Assembly (NCBI RefSeq): GCF_009914755.1 | Contig: NC_060931.1 | Origin: the human T2T-CHM13v2.0 reference genome, Homo sapiens | DNA length: 64,000 nucleotides | Strand: one strand, 5' to 3' | Shown here: positions 13,622-27,378 of the stretch, piece by piece | Position numbering within the stretch: the stretch's first letter is position 1 | Layout: each line of letters opens with the position of its first letter | The notes under the pieces: model-generated | The model's database searches: none | The model's input: the letters and a program-made list of their open reading frames with translations, nothing else | What the model was told of the DNA's origin: nothing | Translations under genes and position numbers: made by a program

Positions 13622-13900
13622 CCCCATGGACACCTCGCTCCCCCTCTGTCCCTCACAGATGCGTGGCCCCCCTCTGTACCCCACAGATGCCTGGACCCTT
13701 CTCTCCCACAGACACCTGGACCCCCTCTGTCCCCCACGGACACCTCAACCCCTCTGTCCCCGACGGACACCTGGACCCCCTCTGTCCCCCACGGATGCGT
13801 GGTTCCCCTATGTCCCCCACAGATGCCTGGACCTCTCTGTTCCCTGTGGACCACTGGCCCCACTCTGTCCCCCATAGACGCCTGGCTCCCCTCTGGCTCC
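13622..13900. repeat. Degenerate ~29-bp C-rich minisatellite
   Basis: Recurrent ctctgtcccccacagatgcctggacccc variants. Confidence 0.85.
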
Positions 13901-14887
13901 CCCACCAAGGAGCAGGTATAATTTTTCTTGGCACAAAAATCCATGGCTGCTTTCAGGGCCACAGGGAGGGCATTGGAGGCCACGGAAGTGTGAGAGGCAC
14001 AGGTGTGTGCAGGGAACACCTGTGGAACTGCTGTCCCAGCCTGCGACGGGGATGCTGCTGCCTCACCAGGAGTGACCCAGGTTGGCAGGTCGGGGATGAG
14101 CCCCCGTGGCTGTCCAAGCCCACCTGGTGAGAATGGAGCAGCCCTGGTTCCCTGAGCACCCCCTTCAGAGCTCCGGGTGGTCTCTAAGTACTGGCTGCTC
14201 GTCCATCCCCCCAGGCGCAGAAAGTGTCAAGGCACAAAACTCACTCATTGATGAGGGGAGCAGATTTTTGCTGCTGGGGGCCTAAGAAAGGAAGACGAGC
14301 TAGCGTCAAAGCTTCCAGCGTTCAGGACGGGGCGACAAGGACTGTAGGCAACTCACAAAAACACAGAGGGTGTGCGGCAGGGGCTGCCCCTCCACCTGAC
14401 TCAGTGTTGGAGACCCGACACCCTCACCTCCTAAACAGCCCTGACCAGAGGCATTTACCGTGTGCCCAAAAGAGACCGAATCGTCACAGGGACAGTGGGA
14501 CAGCGGCCAGGCTGTGCAGGCCGCATCTCTGCAACGCGTCAGCCAGAGAAAGCCGGGGGCACCCCAGCCAGCACTCAGGAGGCCCTGCCCGTCCACACGA
14601 CACCTGGGCCAGCCAGCCCTTTCTGCTGTAAAACTTCGGCTCCTCTACCTGCCTGAGTCTTTGCCAAGCACGAGGGACAGTGACTGACCCCTCGTTCCCG
14701 CCAGCCTGAGTAAGTAGCCGCGTTTTCGCCTGGGTGGTCTGCAAGGTTCACCCACCTTCCAGGAGCCTCCGGAGTCTGGGGTGGAGGGGCTGCAGTACCC
14801 GAGCACGGCCGCTAGATGGCACGCAGGCGCGGTCTCGACCTGAATACCCCGTGCGGCCACCTGCGCCCAGGGCTGTCCCTGCACAAG

Positions 14888-16223
14888 TGAGGGGTGAGGG
14901 GCGAGGGGTGAGGGGCGAGGGGCGAGGGGCGAGGCGCGAGGGGCCAGGGGCCAGGGGCGAGGGGCGAGGGGTGAGGCGCGAGGGGCGAGGGGCCAGGGGC
15001 GAGGCGTGAGGGGTGAGGGGCGAGGGGTGAGGGGCGAGGGGCCAGGGGCGAGGGGCGAGGGGCGAGGCGCGAGGGGCGAGGGGCGAGGGGCGAGGCGCGA
15101 GGGGCGAGGGGCCAGGGGCGAGGCGCGAGGGGTGAGGGGTGAGGGGTGCGGGGCGAGGGGCGAGGCGCGAGGGGCCAGGGGCGAGGGGCGAGGCGCGAGG
15201 GGTGAGGGGTGAGGGGTGCGGGGCGAGGCGCGAGGGGCGAGGGGCGAGGCGCGAGGGGTGAGGGGTGAGGGGTGCGGGGCGAGGCGCGAGGGGTGAGGGG
15301 TGCGGGGCGAGGGGCGAGGCGCGAGGGGCCAGGGGTGAGGGGTGTGGGGTGAGGCGCGAGGGGCCAGGGGCGAGGGGCGAGGGGCGAGGGGCGAGGCGCG
15401 AGGGGCGAGGCGCGAGGGGCGAGGGGCGAGGCGCGAGGGGCGAGGGGTGAGGCGCGAGGGGCGAGGGGCGAGGCGCGAGGGGCGAGGGGCGAGGGGTGCG
15501 GGGCGAGGGGCGAGGCGCGAGGGGCGAGGGGTGAGGCGCGAGGGACGAGGGGCGAGGCGCGAGGGGCGAGGCGCGAGGGGCGAGGGGCCAGGGGCGAGGC
15601 GCGAGGGGTGAGGGGTGAGGGGTGCGGGGCGAGGGGCGAGGCGCGAGGGGCCAGGGGCGAGGAGCCAGGGGCGAGGGGTGCGGGGCGAGGGGCGAGGCGC
15701 GAGGGGCCAGGGGTGAGGGGTGAGGGGTGAGGCGCGAGGGGCCAGGGGCGAGGGGCGAGGGGCCAGGGGCGAGGGGTGCGGGGCGAGGGGCGAGGCGCGA
15801 GGGGCCAGGGGTGAGGGGTGAGGGGTGAGGCGCGAGGGGCCAGGGGCGAGGGGCGAGGCGCGAGGGGCCAGGGGTGAGGGGTGAGGCGCGAGGGGCCAGG
15901 GGCGAGGGGCCAGGGGCGAGGCGCGAGGGGAGAGGGGCGAGGGGCGAGGCGCGAGGGGCGAGGCGCGAGGGGCCAGGGGTGAGGGGTGAGGGGTGAGGCG
16001 CGAGGGGCCAGGGGCGAGGGGCGAGGCGCGAGGGGCCAGGGGTGAGGGGTGAGGGGTGAGGCGCGAGGGGCCAGGGGCGAGGGGCCAGGGGCGAGGCGCG
16101 AGGGGAGAGGGGCGAGGGGCGAGGGGCGAGGCGCGAGGCGCGAGGCGCGAGGCGCGAGGGGAGAGGGGCGAGGGGTGAGGCGCGAGGGGCGAGGGGTGAG
16201 GCGCGAGGGGCGAGGGGCGAGGG
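14888..16223. repeat. G-rich, CpG-rich 7-bp array (~190 units: GAGGGGC/GAGGCGC/GAGGGGT/CAGGGGC/GCGGGGC)
   Basis: Read directly from the sequence; flanks at ~14650-16600 are also CpG-rich. Confidence 0.98.
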
Positions 16224-16803
16224 CTCCCGGCCTGCGCCGCCTTGGATCCCACCAGCCCCGAATTCGGGCAGAGCGCCATGGAGGGCCCAGCCTGGAGGGG
16301 GAGCTCGGAGCCTGCAGCAGGTGAGGTCGGGCTACAGACTTCCCTCTGCCCCCTGGTCACAGAGGTGAGAGTGGGGCCTCATCCCAGTCCCGCCGCGACC
16401 CATGGGGCAGAGCTGCTGCCCTGGCCCAGGCACGCACAGCTTCTCAACAGCCACATCGCAGGCTGGCCCTGGCCTCCCCAACCAGAGACCAAGCTCCCAG
16501 GCTGCAGAGGCAGCGAAGGCCGGGACACGCACAGGGCAGCGGGCAGCCAGTGCCACGTGGGCTGAGGAGGCACTCCCTAACGGGAGACAGCGCCCAGCCA
16601 GGGCTGGTTTTCTCACCGTCATTGTCAAAGGCCTTTTGAGCATTTTCACACACACACACAAAGAAGCCGTTTAAAACAATAAAAGTGTAGTGCTGGGGAA
16701 ATGATTAATGCATATATCTCTATTTCAAACCCGCAAAAGGAATCAAAACAAAAAGACCTTTAAAGAGACACACAAAAAGGTGACAGCATCGTGAGGTGAA
16801 GTC

Positions 16804-17133
16804 TGTGTGTGTGTGTACATGTGCACGTGTGTGTGCATGAATGTGTCACGTGTGTGCACGCGTGTACATGCATGTGATTTTGTTCACATGCATGCACATG
16901 TGGAGGGAGCGAGCTGCTCCCCTCCTCGCCGAGTGAGTTTTGTGCCTTGCCCGCTTCCTGTGCTCAGGGGGATGGACAAGCAGCCAGGATGTTAGAGGCC
17001 ACCCAGAGCTCTGAAGGGGGCACTCAGGGAACTGGGGCAGCTCCGTTCTCACAGGGTAGGCTTGTGTGTGCTTTGTGTGCACGTGTGTGTGCATGTTTGT
17101 GTGTGCACATGTGTGCATGTGTGTGTGTGTGCA
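16804..17133. repeat. Two (TG/TGCA)n low-complexity tracts (16804-16901, 17064-17133)
   Basis: gtgtgtgtacatgtgcacgtgtgtgtgcatg... Confidence 0.9.
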
Positions 17134-18959
17134 TACCATCTCCCCAAGCCGCCTCCACCTGCACACACCAGCGGTGACCCGCCTCGGGGTCTGTCCTGTT
17201 TTGCCACAACAGCTGTAGAGAATGCCAAGCAGCTCAGCAGTGGTTCCCAAAATAAGACTGTTGAGAGCCCAGAAATAGCCCCCAGAGAACACTGTAAAAG
17301 CCCCAAGACAAGGAAAAAGTACACGAGCTTGTGACATGATGGTACAATGGCCTCAAGGAAATTGCAGCTTTGGAAAGAAACTTTATTTTCTGTCTTTTGA
17401 AACAAACCGACATCCTGTCCTCTGTGGAGACCCAGGCCCCGCTGAAGTGCTCTTTCAATTTGCTCTTTTAATTTGCTCTTTTAATTATTCTGAAAGGCCA
17501 TCTGCTGTAAGAGTGCCTCCCTGATTTAAACTATGCCTCACACCCTCAAAACTTACACTTCAGCATTTTTTCCTTCCTTGCGTAATCTCAAAGCAAACAA
17601 GATTCAGAGAGGCTCACTTCCTGGGTAATGCAGGAGATGCCCTCCGAGGTAGGGACAGGGGCTTGTGCCCAATGTGGGGCCACTCTGCAGAGAACCACAT
17701 GAGCTGCGCCCATCCAGGATGCTGCCAGGAGCCTGCATCCAGACACCCTCAGCGGTTGTGAACCAGCCCTCCCAGCGGCAGGACCCCCGAGCAGTTGTGA
17801 ACCAGCCTCAGGGTTGCCCTCCAAGTGGCCAGGGGACAGGGCTGACATGAAGCAGGTCCTCAGATCGAGACCAGCTCTGGAGGCCCAAACAAACACTCCT
17901 CCTGTGCCCTGCACCCTCACCTTCCCTTCCAGAGAAATAGTGTGTCCTGCCCCAGCTCAAAATAGGGACAGCACAGGGCTCCACCCAGGAAAGCTGGGGG
18001 CCGAAATGTCATACCATTTGGGCAGGTCTGGGCCTGTCCTGCCACTCCCTCCCCACCCCCCAGTCACTCTGTGCCTCCACTTCCACATGACAACAACATC
18101 CCTCTCAGGGCTGAGTCTCCTCCCCTGCAGAGAAGATGCCTTGTGAGGCCTCTTGACCAAAAGAAACAGGAAACAAATACAGAATAAAAGTATAACAGTG
18201 AATAAAAACAGCTACATGCACACACAACTGTGCAAAGCAAAACAAAACAAATTGAAAAGCACAAGCAGGGTGCCACGGCCTGACAGTAACAATCAAACAG
18301 GAGGGTTTTCCAATGCCATGAACGTAAATCGAGGTGTGCATGATAACAAGGAGTAGGAACCGGAGGGACGGCCACTGAGGGTGGAACCAAAGCAGGGAAA
18401 TGAGAGGATGATGAGTCCCCACTGATCCTGAGGCTGGGAAAATTTGCAGACTCGAAGATTCTGTAGTGCTGATACATCCACACATTCCATGGTCCTGAGG
18501 GACACTGTCTAGCTTACAAATCCATCTGTAACTGTTCAACCAGACTAGCAACCCGTCATTCATCATTCATAGGAGAATGCAAAATTACATCATGCACAAA
18601 GTGCTCCCCCATGTATCAACTGCATTTGAACAGATTTGTGTTTTCAAAACCAGGGTGGTAGCAAGATTGAGTATGCCCAGTAAATGCTAGATATTATTAT
18701 CCCACTAGACACTGAAAACGGTCCCCTTTCCTGGGTTGTGTTGCTGGCCTTGCCACAGGCAATGCCGAGGGCAGCTGCCTCATCCTCCCCCACACTGTTG
18801 CCTCACCTGGTCACAGGTGGGAAGCCAGGTGGGGCTCGGTGAGTGTCTTCTAACTGTTTCTGCATTGCTAGAATGGGGTAAACAAAGAACAAAGAAAACA
18901 TACATAAAGTACATTCTTTGTTCTGTTATTGCCGTTGTCAAAGTTAACTCTCTCTTCTT

Positions 18960-19700
18960 ATTTTAGGGTTTATTTTTAAACATCATGCTTGCACATAGTT
19001 TGAAAAATCTAAGTCTGGTTGGGGAAATGAGCAAACCTCTAACCCACCTTTTCCCCACCCGCATTTCTACTCCCCAGAGGTAAGCACCCTCAACTCATTT
19101 AGCTGACTCTTGGTTTTCATCTCCATATCTCCACATGACACATTCACGTTGCCATTTCTCAGCTTTCAGATTTAGGATGTATCTATTTTCTGACTGCTAC
19201 AGAAGATGGGCCTACCTCTCCATAACACATCACTGTTTCCAAGCTTACTTTCTCTTTCCCAGTTTAGTTACATTACAATTTTCATCAGATCAGTATTATG
19301 TGCTTACAATATTGTGACTTTGTAAATGCTATCCCCAACTAGGCTATGTAGTACGCTGTGACTAGTATTAATTTTTTTTCTTTTTGTTTTCCCTGGAGTT
19401 ATAAATGTCTTATGTATTTGCTTAGTGTCCACAGTGTCTCTTCCTTTCACAGTGTCTTCTTGTTTTTCCTGGAGTTATACATGTCTTATGTATTTGCTTA
19501 GTGTCCATAGTCTCTCTTCATTTCATGCTGTCTTCTTCCATGTGGCTGTCAGGGCTCTTTCATTAGAGGCTTTCCATAAGTGTCCAGTGATCCTGGGATG
19601 CCTGCTCATATTTAATAAGGGGCACAAAGAGCTGATTTAGAATTGTGTCACCTGGTGAATTGTTGAAAGTGGGTGTCAGTATAGGAGACCCTGCTGAGCA
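18960..19700 (-). mobile_element. Old L1 (L1M-type) fragments containing a ~55-bp local duplication (19387-19443, 19464-19519)
   Basis: T-rich L1-like text (ctccccagaggtaagcacc..); cctggagttata.atgtcttatgtatttgcttagtgtcca x2. Confidence 0.5.
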
Positions 19701-19772
19701 GTTTCACTGGGAAAAATTTTCTCTATTTCTATTCCCACAGAAGCAGACCTGGAATAAGAAACAATTGTAGTT

Positions 19773-20095
19773 GGCCAGGTGTGGTAGTGCACACCTGTGA
19801 TCTCAGTGTTTTGGGAGGCCAAGGCAGGAGAATCACTTGAGTCCAAGAGTTTGAGAACAGCCTGGGCCACAAAGTGAGATCCCTGTCTCTATAAAATCAT
19901 TTTTAAAAATTAGCCAGGCATGGTAGCTCCTGCCTGTGGTCTCAGCTACTTAGGAGGCTGAGGCAGGAGGATTACTTCAGCCCAGGAGGTCAAGGCTGCA
20001 GTGAGCTATGATCAAGCCACTGCACTGCAGCCTGGGTGATAAAGCAAGATCCTGTCTCAAGAAAAGAAAGAAAAGAAAAGAAGGAAAAGAAACAA
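19773..20095 (+). mobile_element. AluJ with GA-rich tail
   Basis: Dimeric Alu with J-type features (cccaggaggtcaaggctgcagtgagctatgat). Confidence 0.92.
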
Positions 20096-21793
20096 GGGAA
20101 TGGAAGGGGAGGGGAGAGGAGGAAATTTTTAAAAGAAAAAAAGTGTGACAAGGAAGGTTGGGTTTCCAGTGAAAGGTGCATCACCAGCCAGCTCCTACTG
20201 CACCGGAACCATCCCATTCAAGGGGTGGTGTAGCTGAGGTATTTAAACGCTCACTCCTTGGCCGTCAGTTGGAGCTCTCCCAGCAAGGGGAGTGGGAAGC
20301 GGGACTCATTAGTCCCCAGGCACTTGCAGTCCCACAGGGAGCGAAGCTGGGAGGGGTGGCGAGTCTGCAGACCAGCACCAGTCTGGGTTTGCCAAACTCC
20401 CTGCATGCAAGAGATCTGCTGTGACCACACCTGCAGGGTACTCAGGCCACCTTTCATACTGGGGTGAGGAGAGGAAGTAAACGCTTTTCTCATGTAACAG
20501 ATGCCTTTATGTCATCGTTAAAGCTGTGCTTTCTGACAGTCTTTAGAGGTTTTAATGAGGATGCCTAAACTTACGAGGCCCCCACAAACATCAAGAATTT
20601 TGCCAAAAGAAATGACGTAACTGATGGATATTTTTTGAAGACCAATGTCTTAGTCACTTTTGAACCAAGCAGATGCGCTACCCTATGTGGACAGGGCAGT
20701 CGTCATGCACAGAACCCATGCTGTCCCATCTCCCCCACACTCAGGCTGGAGCAGCATTCTGGCTTTGTTTTTGTTTTGCTTTATTGCTCTGTGTCTACCA
20801 GACACACAGCTCCTCAGAAACTGGACAGAAAGCCTCCTGACATCACCACAACAAAATCACAGCCATTAAGTCCAACGGGATTGCTTTATGGTGGCTCAAG
20901 CCCATTTCTCTGAGCTCCAAAGCCATCCTGACATCATTATGCTGCATCATTATGAAGCCAACACACATCTAACAAGAACACAAGATGCGCTTTGTCATCT
21001 CAGCTACGATTCTCCTTGGGGTGAAAGTGAGGGGCGCTGGGAGTTGCCCTCTTGCAGGTCCCAAGGCAGCATCTCCCCAGCAACTGAGACCAGCCTCAGC
21101 ACAGGACACCGTGGTCCCAGCCACAAATGCAGACAGAGCCTCTCAGGCCAACCTCAGAGCCTCTCTGGAGTGCAGGCATCCTCTACACAAACGGAGGCAG
21201 CCCTGCTCCATGCCTGCCATGCAGCTGAGACGGATCCTCAGGACACGTCCTGCCTGCAGGTGAGCTCCTCAAACACCAACCAGCAGCCCCCGTCCCACCC
21301 CCCGCATTCCCCCAGATCCTGTAAAGAACATCCTGTAAAGAACCTCACGAGGAAAGCCGAGCAGACAGCAAACCCAGAGCTTCCCCGACTGCGGTGGGCC
21401 CTGCTCCGCCTCCTGTGGCCAAGGCCGCTCATCACCCAGGAACCGACACGCACGAGATGCAGAATCTAAAAGAGAAAGCGGCACCGCCACCAGCAAGCAC
21501 AAGAGGGACGTGGGGCCTGATGACGGAGGCAGCAGTGATGCCTGCAGTGCCAGGGGCTCTCCGGGTTCCTGACCCTCTGACAGTTCACCTGGAAGGCGGG
21601 CTCCAAGCCCCTCAGACCCAGGCTCCATCCCGTGAGCAAGGAAGGCTGTGTGTATGGAGGCTCCATCCCCTCGTTTGTTATTTTTACTGGGCTTCTTCCT
21701 CTTTTTCCAGCAGTGAAAAATCTTCAGAGACCTCCACCAGGGAGAAAATAGACCGGAAGCTCCTTCTCTGTGTTGCTGCCACCCAGGAGCCGC

Positions 21794-21928
21794 TGGACCC
21801 CAAGGGAGCAGCATGGAGGCAGAGAGACCTGGCCCAGCACAGAAGCGAAGCTGCCACGGGACGGCCCCACGGGTGCCAAGACACGATGGACCCCAAGGGA
21901 GCAGCGTGGAGGCAGAGAGACCCTGGCC
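21794..21928. repeat. Two-copy duplication (~93-bp spacing)
   Basis: tggaccccaagggagcagc.tggaggcagagaga x2. Confidence 0.85.
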
Positions 21929-22365
21929 TAGTGCAGGAGTGGGGCTGCCATGGGACAGCCCCATGGTTGCCATGACACACTGGGTCCCAGGCATTCTAGT
22001 GAAGAGCTGTTACCATAAGAGGAACTCAAAAAGGGAAATGCTAGTTTAATAACTAAATTCTTAGGAAGAAATGTCTTTAGTAAAATATCTTGATGATCTG
22101 ATAATGCACAAAATTATTCCCGAGACAAAATTTGAAGGGGCTGAAAGGAAAACAAAAGGACGAATGGCTGGTAATTCCTAAGGGAGAAGCTGGGAAGACA
22201 GAGGGGCTCAGGGGACTGACGGCAGCCTGGAAACCAGCAGGTGCCCAGTGGAGGGAAGACAAAACGAGAGCAGGGGTGCCTGAATCCATAGAGATGTCCA
22301 CACTGCCGCCCAGACCTCCCAGGCCTCTCTCCATCCAGACCGCCAGTCAAGTTCCCATCTGGGAA

Positions 22366-22495
22366 AGGGGGTCTGGCCGGTGCCCAGAGCCAGGGAGAGG
22401 TGGGAAACGGGGTGTGAAAGAGAGATGAGGAAAGGGGGTCTGACCGGTGCCCAGCAGGGTCAGGGAGAGGCGGGACACGGGGTGTGAAAGAGAGG
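22366..22495. repeat. Two-copy duplication
   Basis: gggggtctg.ccggtgcccag...cagggagagg.ggga.acggggtgtgaaagaga x2. Confidence 0.85.
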
Positions 22496-23359
22496 AGATG
22501 AGGAGTCAGCACATCCAGCCACCCCCTCCAAACACACCTGGGAAAAGGGAGAACCCCGGAGGACAGCCCAGTGGGAGAGTGGCTCACAACAAGTCCACAT
22601 ACATCTTGTGGGACTCAGGGACCAGCCAGACACAGGACCAGGGTATACAGGTGCTGACTTTTGAGCTGTCCACGGCACTAGGAGGCACATGCCCCAGCAC
22701 CTCCCCAAATTGGAAATCTGGGGGTACAACCTCTGTACACACATGCATTCCAGCTCGCAAATGAGCACCTGCCTCAGAGCTTCACCTTGACTCTCGGAGG
22801 TGGGGCTGGCTCATGCTGTTGGCCAGTGCACCCCACGCCCTCTTCTCTGCTAATTTTGCATCTGCACTGAATTTACGTTGGTGGGAGTCAGTGCCCTCCA
22901 ACTCCATGGAGACAAGACTCTGCTGTGCACACTGCTGAGACTCCAATATCCCACGTGCCAGGGGCTTACTCCATATTTGGCAGATAAATTAAAGCCCCAA
23001 AATGCAGAGTCATCGATGAGTCTCCTTCCAATGCAGCTGTCCATGCGGCCTTGGGCAAGCCCTGCGATGTTCCTGCAGGGAAGGGAAGGTCTGGGTGTCT
23101 GCAGCTGTCGTGCCTGCTCTCCGGACCCTGCGCCCGCCCTAGAGGGATCCAAGGGCCATGGCCAGGCAGGGTGGTGTCATGGACAGCTCTGGTCCCACGG
23201 TGGAGGGACAGGGTGGTGGGGGCTCAACCCAGGCCAGGGACTGTCTGTCCCTTCCTGGCTTTGCCCAGCAGAAAGCAAAACTCTGATGAGGGAGAATCAT
23301 GGGGTGCAGGGGCAGCAGGTCAGAAAAGAAAAGCCTCCTCTGTGATTCTCCACAGCAAA

Positions 23360-23476
23360 GGGACCCTTCCCAGAGCTGGCACTGAAAACCCATGAGCAGC
23401 CCCATCCCTTACAACCAAACACAGCTCCGTTTGCCTCCCACGGCTTCTTCACATGCTTCCCAGGGGGTTCATTCTC
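23360..23476 (+). repeat. Dispersed duplicate, copy A (partner 31534-31651)
   Basis: Hand alignment gives 7 substitutions and 2 small indels over ~118 bp. Confidence 0.93.
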
Positions 23477-25039
23477 GCTCTGTTTGGAGACACCACAGGG
23501 TTTTGGTGAAAATCCCCCCACATTAAGGTCTGGACCACCTTCAAGCTGTGCACTTGGGAGGTTGAGCAGACAGAATGCACGTGGGCACGTGGCCAGAGAG
23601 AAACCTGCCCCATCAGGCCAGGGGAGCACATGTGAGCACCTCTGCCAGCAGACCCCTCACCAGCAGGAAGCCAAGTGAAAGACACAAACGCACCCATGCA
23701 GGCCCTGCCGTACTAATGTGAAAACGTAAATAACCAGAGCTGACCTGAAGAGCATGTCTCCACCAGGCTGCAGGCAGGAGTGGCAAGGATTCCACCCTGA
23801 CATGCAGGCCCCACCCCAGCAACCCTGGACAGGCCCGGGCACAGGCCCAGCTGCCCTCGTTCTGCAACAGCTCCCAGGTAATCCTCATGGGCTCCAGGTT
23901 TGAGAATCGTGCCCGGAGCAAGCACATTTAGGCCCAAACCCCTGGGTGTGGCCTTTGTTACTCCAAGGGCCACTCTGGTGGCACGTCAATCACCACAGAG
24001 AGGTCACTTCTGTTCACGCTGCCTGTCGGACTGGAAGTGGGCTAAGGTGGGCAGCAGGCAGGCAGTGCGGCAGCCGGGACTGCGAGTGCCTGGGGTCTGA
24101 GGATCGCACACCAAGACCCACTCGGGGAGGGGTCCTGCACCCCCACTCTGAAAACTCCCAAAACCCCACGAGGCTGAATCTTGATTCCCCCAGAGTTCTG
24201 AAATTCTGATGCTGGGATGATGCACTTTGGAAAAAACCATGATGGCTGGAAAGGGGGAAATGAATATTTGCTTTATGCCTTTAGCTAGCACAAAAAGTCA
24301 CCTAATTAAGGTAATGAGGTTTAAAATGCAGGGTAAAAGTCACAAGAAACACTACAATTCCATTTTTATAATTACTCATGTCCTTACCAAAGAAAAGGAA
24401 GTCCATTAGGACAGACACAAAAATGACACGAAGACGTTGTGGTGGGGGAATCCCAGCATGCGCAGTCTTTTCCTGGTGATTTGCAGCCTCTGGACTTTCT
24501 ATAATAAAAGGTATCGCCGTGACAATAGGAGAGATCAACTTTACAAACATCGCTTAATCAGGACACACTGTGGCCCCAAGGCTTATAAGTGACCCTTTCA
24601 CTGGACGTCACCAGAACACCTGTGTGCAGGGTGGGGACACGTGCTGGAGGTTTGTGCTGCTGTGTCACACGTGGGAAGACGTCAGACCTTTCCTGAGCCA
24701 CTAGCCAGGAACACATGCGGACAGACTTTGATGGGAGGATGCTGAGGAGACAGAGATTCTGTGTGTGCCTTTGAAGGTTCTCCAGTTCAGGCATTAAAAC
24801 CTCCTGCTGCAGGGGCTGTGGACCCCTTAACCTGCTGACCCCGGGGCAGGCGCTGAGGCCAGGCTGAGCCAGTCCACAGGATGAAGACACCAGGACCCGT
24901 GAGGACGGGGGCTCCCCAGGGGACGTGGCTTTGGGCAATTGCTGGCTGCATTCCTTAAATCCCTGTTTGGTTATATCCACCCCAACAACACCAGTCACTC
25001 GGGAGTCCTGTGCCAGAAACACAAGCCAGGGCCTGCAGT

Positions 25040-25519
25040 CCTCGGCCTCCAGCTCCCCAGCCTCAGCTCCCCGGCCCCCAGCTCCTTGGCCTCAGCTCCC
25101 GGGCCTCCAGCTCCCCGGCCCCCAGCTCTCCGGCCCCCAGCTCTCCGGCTTCCAGCTCCCCGGCCTCAGCTCCCCGGCCCCCAGCTCTCCGGCCTCCAGC
25201 TCCCTGGCCCCCAGCTCCCCGGCCCCCAGCTCCCCGGCCCCAGCTCCCCGGCCTCCAGCTCCCCAGCCCCCAGCTCCCTGGCCTCCAGCTCCTCGGCCTC
25301 AGCTCCCCGGCCCCAGCTCCCTGGCTCCCAGCTCCCCGGCCCCAGCTCCCCAGCTCCCAGCTCCCTGGCCTCCAGCTCCTCAGCCTCAGCTCCCCAGCCT
25401 CCAGCTCCTCGGCCTCAGCTCCCCGGCCCCAGCTCCCCGGCCCCCAGCTCCCCGGCCCCCAGCTCCCTGGCCTCCAGCTCCTCGGCCTCAGCTCCCCAGC
25501 CCCAGCTCCCTGGCCCCAG
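25040..25519. repeat. C-rich 14-15-bp minisatellite (CCAGCTCCCCGGCCC)
   Basis: Read directly; ~33 units. Confidence 0.96.
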
Positions 25520-26176
25520 CAGGAGCTAAGTTGTTACAGGGTTTCCCCATCCACAAAGACAGCATCACGAACATCCACACCCCCTAGGATGCCTGGAGTC
25601 CACATCCTCCCGGGGTGCCTGGGAGATCTCTAGAATTCCTGGGTGTCACATCCCCTAGGATTTTGGGGTCCTAGCAATGCCAACACCTAGACGAAGGTCA
25701 GGCATGGCCACAGAGGCCACCCTAGCTATAGGAAAACTCTCTGAAAGCTTCGATGTTAGCTCCAAGCAGAGGCTTGGTCCAGGAGGGCTGAAATCCTCCC
25801 ATTTAAAACCTCTGAAAATCTTGCCTTTCACAAACAGCCCCCTGGAGGAAATGTTTTTTTAGCATGATGCCTGATAAGGACACAACACAGAGCTGCAGCG
25901 TCCGACCGTCTCTCCTCCACACTGGAAGGGAACAACAAACAAAGCCTCCGCAAGCTTGCTAAGAAACGGGGCATGCACAACACTTTACTGCAGCAAGAGA
26001 CGATTTATCCAGTTATGTGGTATCAGATATTTTTAATAACTACTTTTCTGAATCCAACCAAGATCCGGCCCTCTATACTCTTAATACAGTGAAACTTATC
26101 TGTGTGTGGAGCCTGCACTTGGAAAACTCGGAAAACCTTCCCAGAAGCAAAGTGAAATGCTGCATACCACGACCAC

Positions 26177-26781
26177 AAGTGGCTTATCCATGCATGTGGC
26201 CACACACTGAGATCCCGGTGGCTCATCCGTGAGACATGTGGCCGCACACTGAGATCCCGCAGTGGCTCATCCGTGAGACACGTGTCCGCACACTGAGATC
26301 CCGCAGTGGCTCATCCGTGAGACACGTGGCCGCACACTGAGATCCCGCAGTGGCTCATCCGTGAGACACGTGTCCGCACACTGAGATCCCGCAGTGGCTC
26401 ATCCGTGAGACACGTGGCTGCACACTGAGATCCCGGTGGCTCATCCGTGAGACACGTGGCCGCACACTGAGATCCCGCAGTGGCTCATCCATGAGACCCG
26501 TGGCCGCACACTGAGATCCCGGTGGCTCATCCGTGAGACATTTGGCTGCACACTGAGATCCCGGTGGCTCATCCGTGAGACATTTGGCTGCACACTGAGA
26601 TCCTGGTGGCTCATCCGTGAGACATTTGGCTGCACACTGAGATCCCGGTGGCTCATCCGTGAGACATTTGGCTGCACACTGAGATCCTGCAGTGGCTCAT
26701 CCGTGAGACATGTGGCTGCACACTGAGATCCCGGTGGCTCATCCATGAGACATGTGGCTGCACACTGAGATCCCGCAGTGG
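26177..26781. repeat. 42/44-bp VNTR, ~13 copies
   Basis: Unit cacactgagatcccg(ca)gtggctcatccgtgagacacgtggccg. Confidence 0.96.
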
Positions 26782-27378
26782 TGCTTATCTCAGGAAGGAA
26801 GAGCTGGTCATGCCTGGAGCCCCCTGCATCATCATCGGCTCCTTCCCCAGGGCAGGTGCCGCTCTGGAAGCCTCCCCAGTCTCTCCCGCGGACCTGAGTC
26901 CTGCTGCAGCCACTCGCTGGCATGTGACACTGACCATGCCCTGAGACCTGCCCTGTTCACACACCTCTAGAAGACTACCTCTCATCCCCATGCCACTGGA
27001 TAAGTGGCTGACTGCCTCCTGGATACCTGGCTAAACTTCAAAAATGCTCCTGATTTTGTTTTTTTGTATTAGATTTGTGTTTCGGCTCATTTCGTTCCTC
27101 TGCTGTTATAAACAGACCCTGGATGACAGAGCTCCAGGATCAGAGCAGGCACTCCAGGCAAATTGCTTTATCTCTCAACATGGAATCAGGAAAATGCTGT
27201 AAATACTGGACAAAGTCTGTCCTGCACAGGCCTCGCCCACAGCAAACATGGAGCTGCCAGCCCTGAACAATGAGCAAGGCTGAGCGTGCTCAGGCTGTCA
27301 GCAAGGAACCCTCCAGGGAGACCCAGCAAGAGAACCAACATCCGCCTGTGAGGAGGTCGGGCTGCAGACAAGCCCAGC

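Noticed and set aside
14645-16360. 571-aa Pro/Arg-rich ORF
   Set aside because: Translation of a stop-poor heptamer array; no domain or splice context
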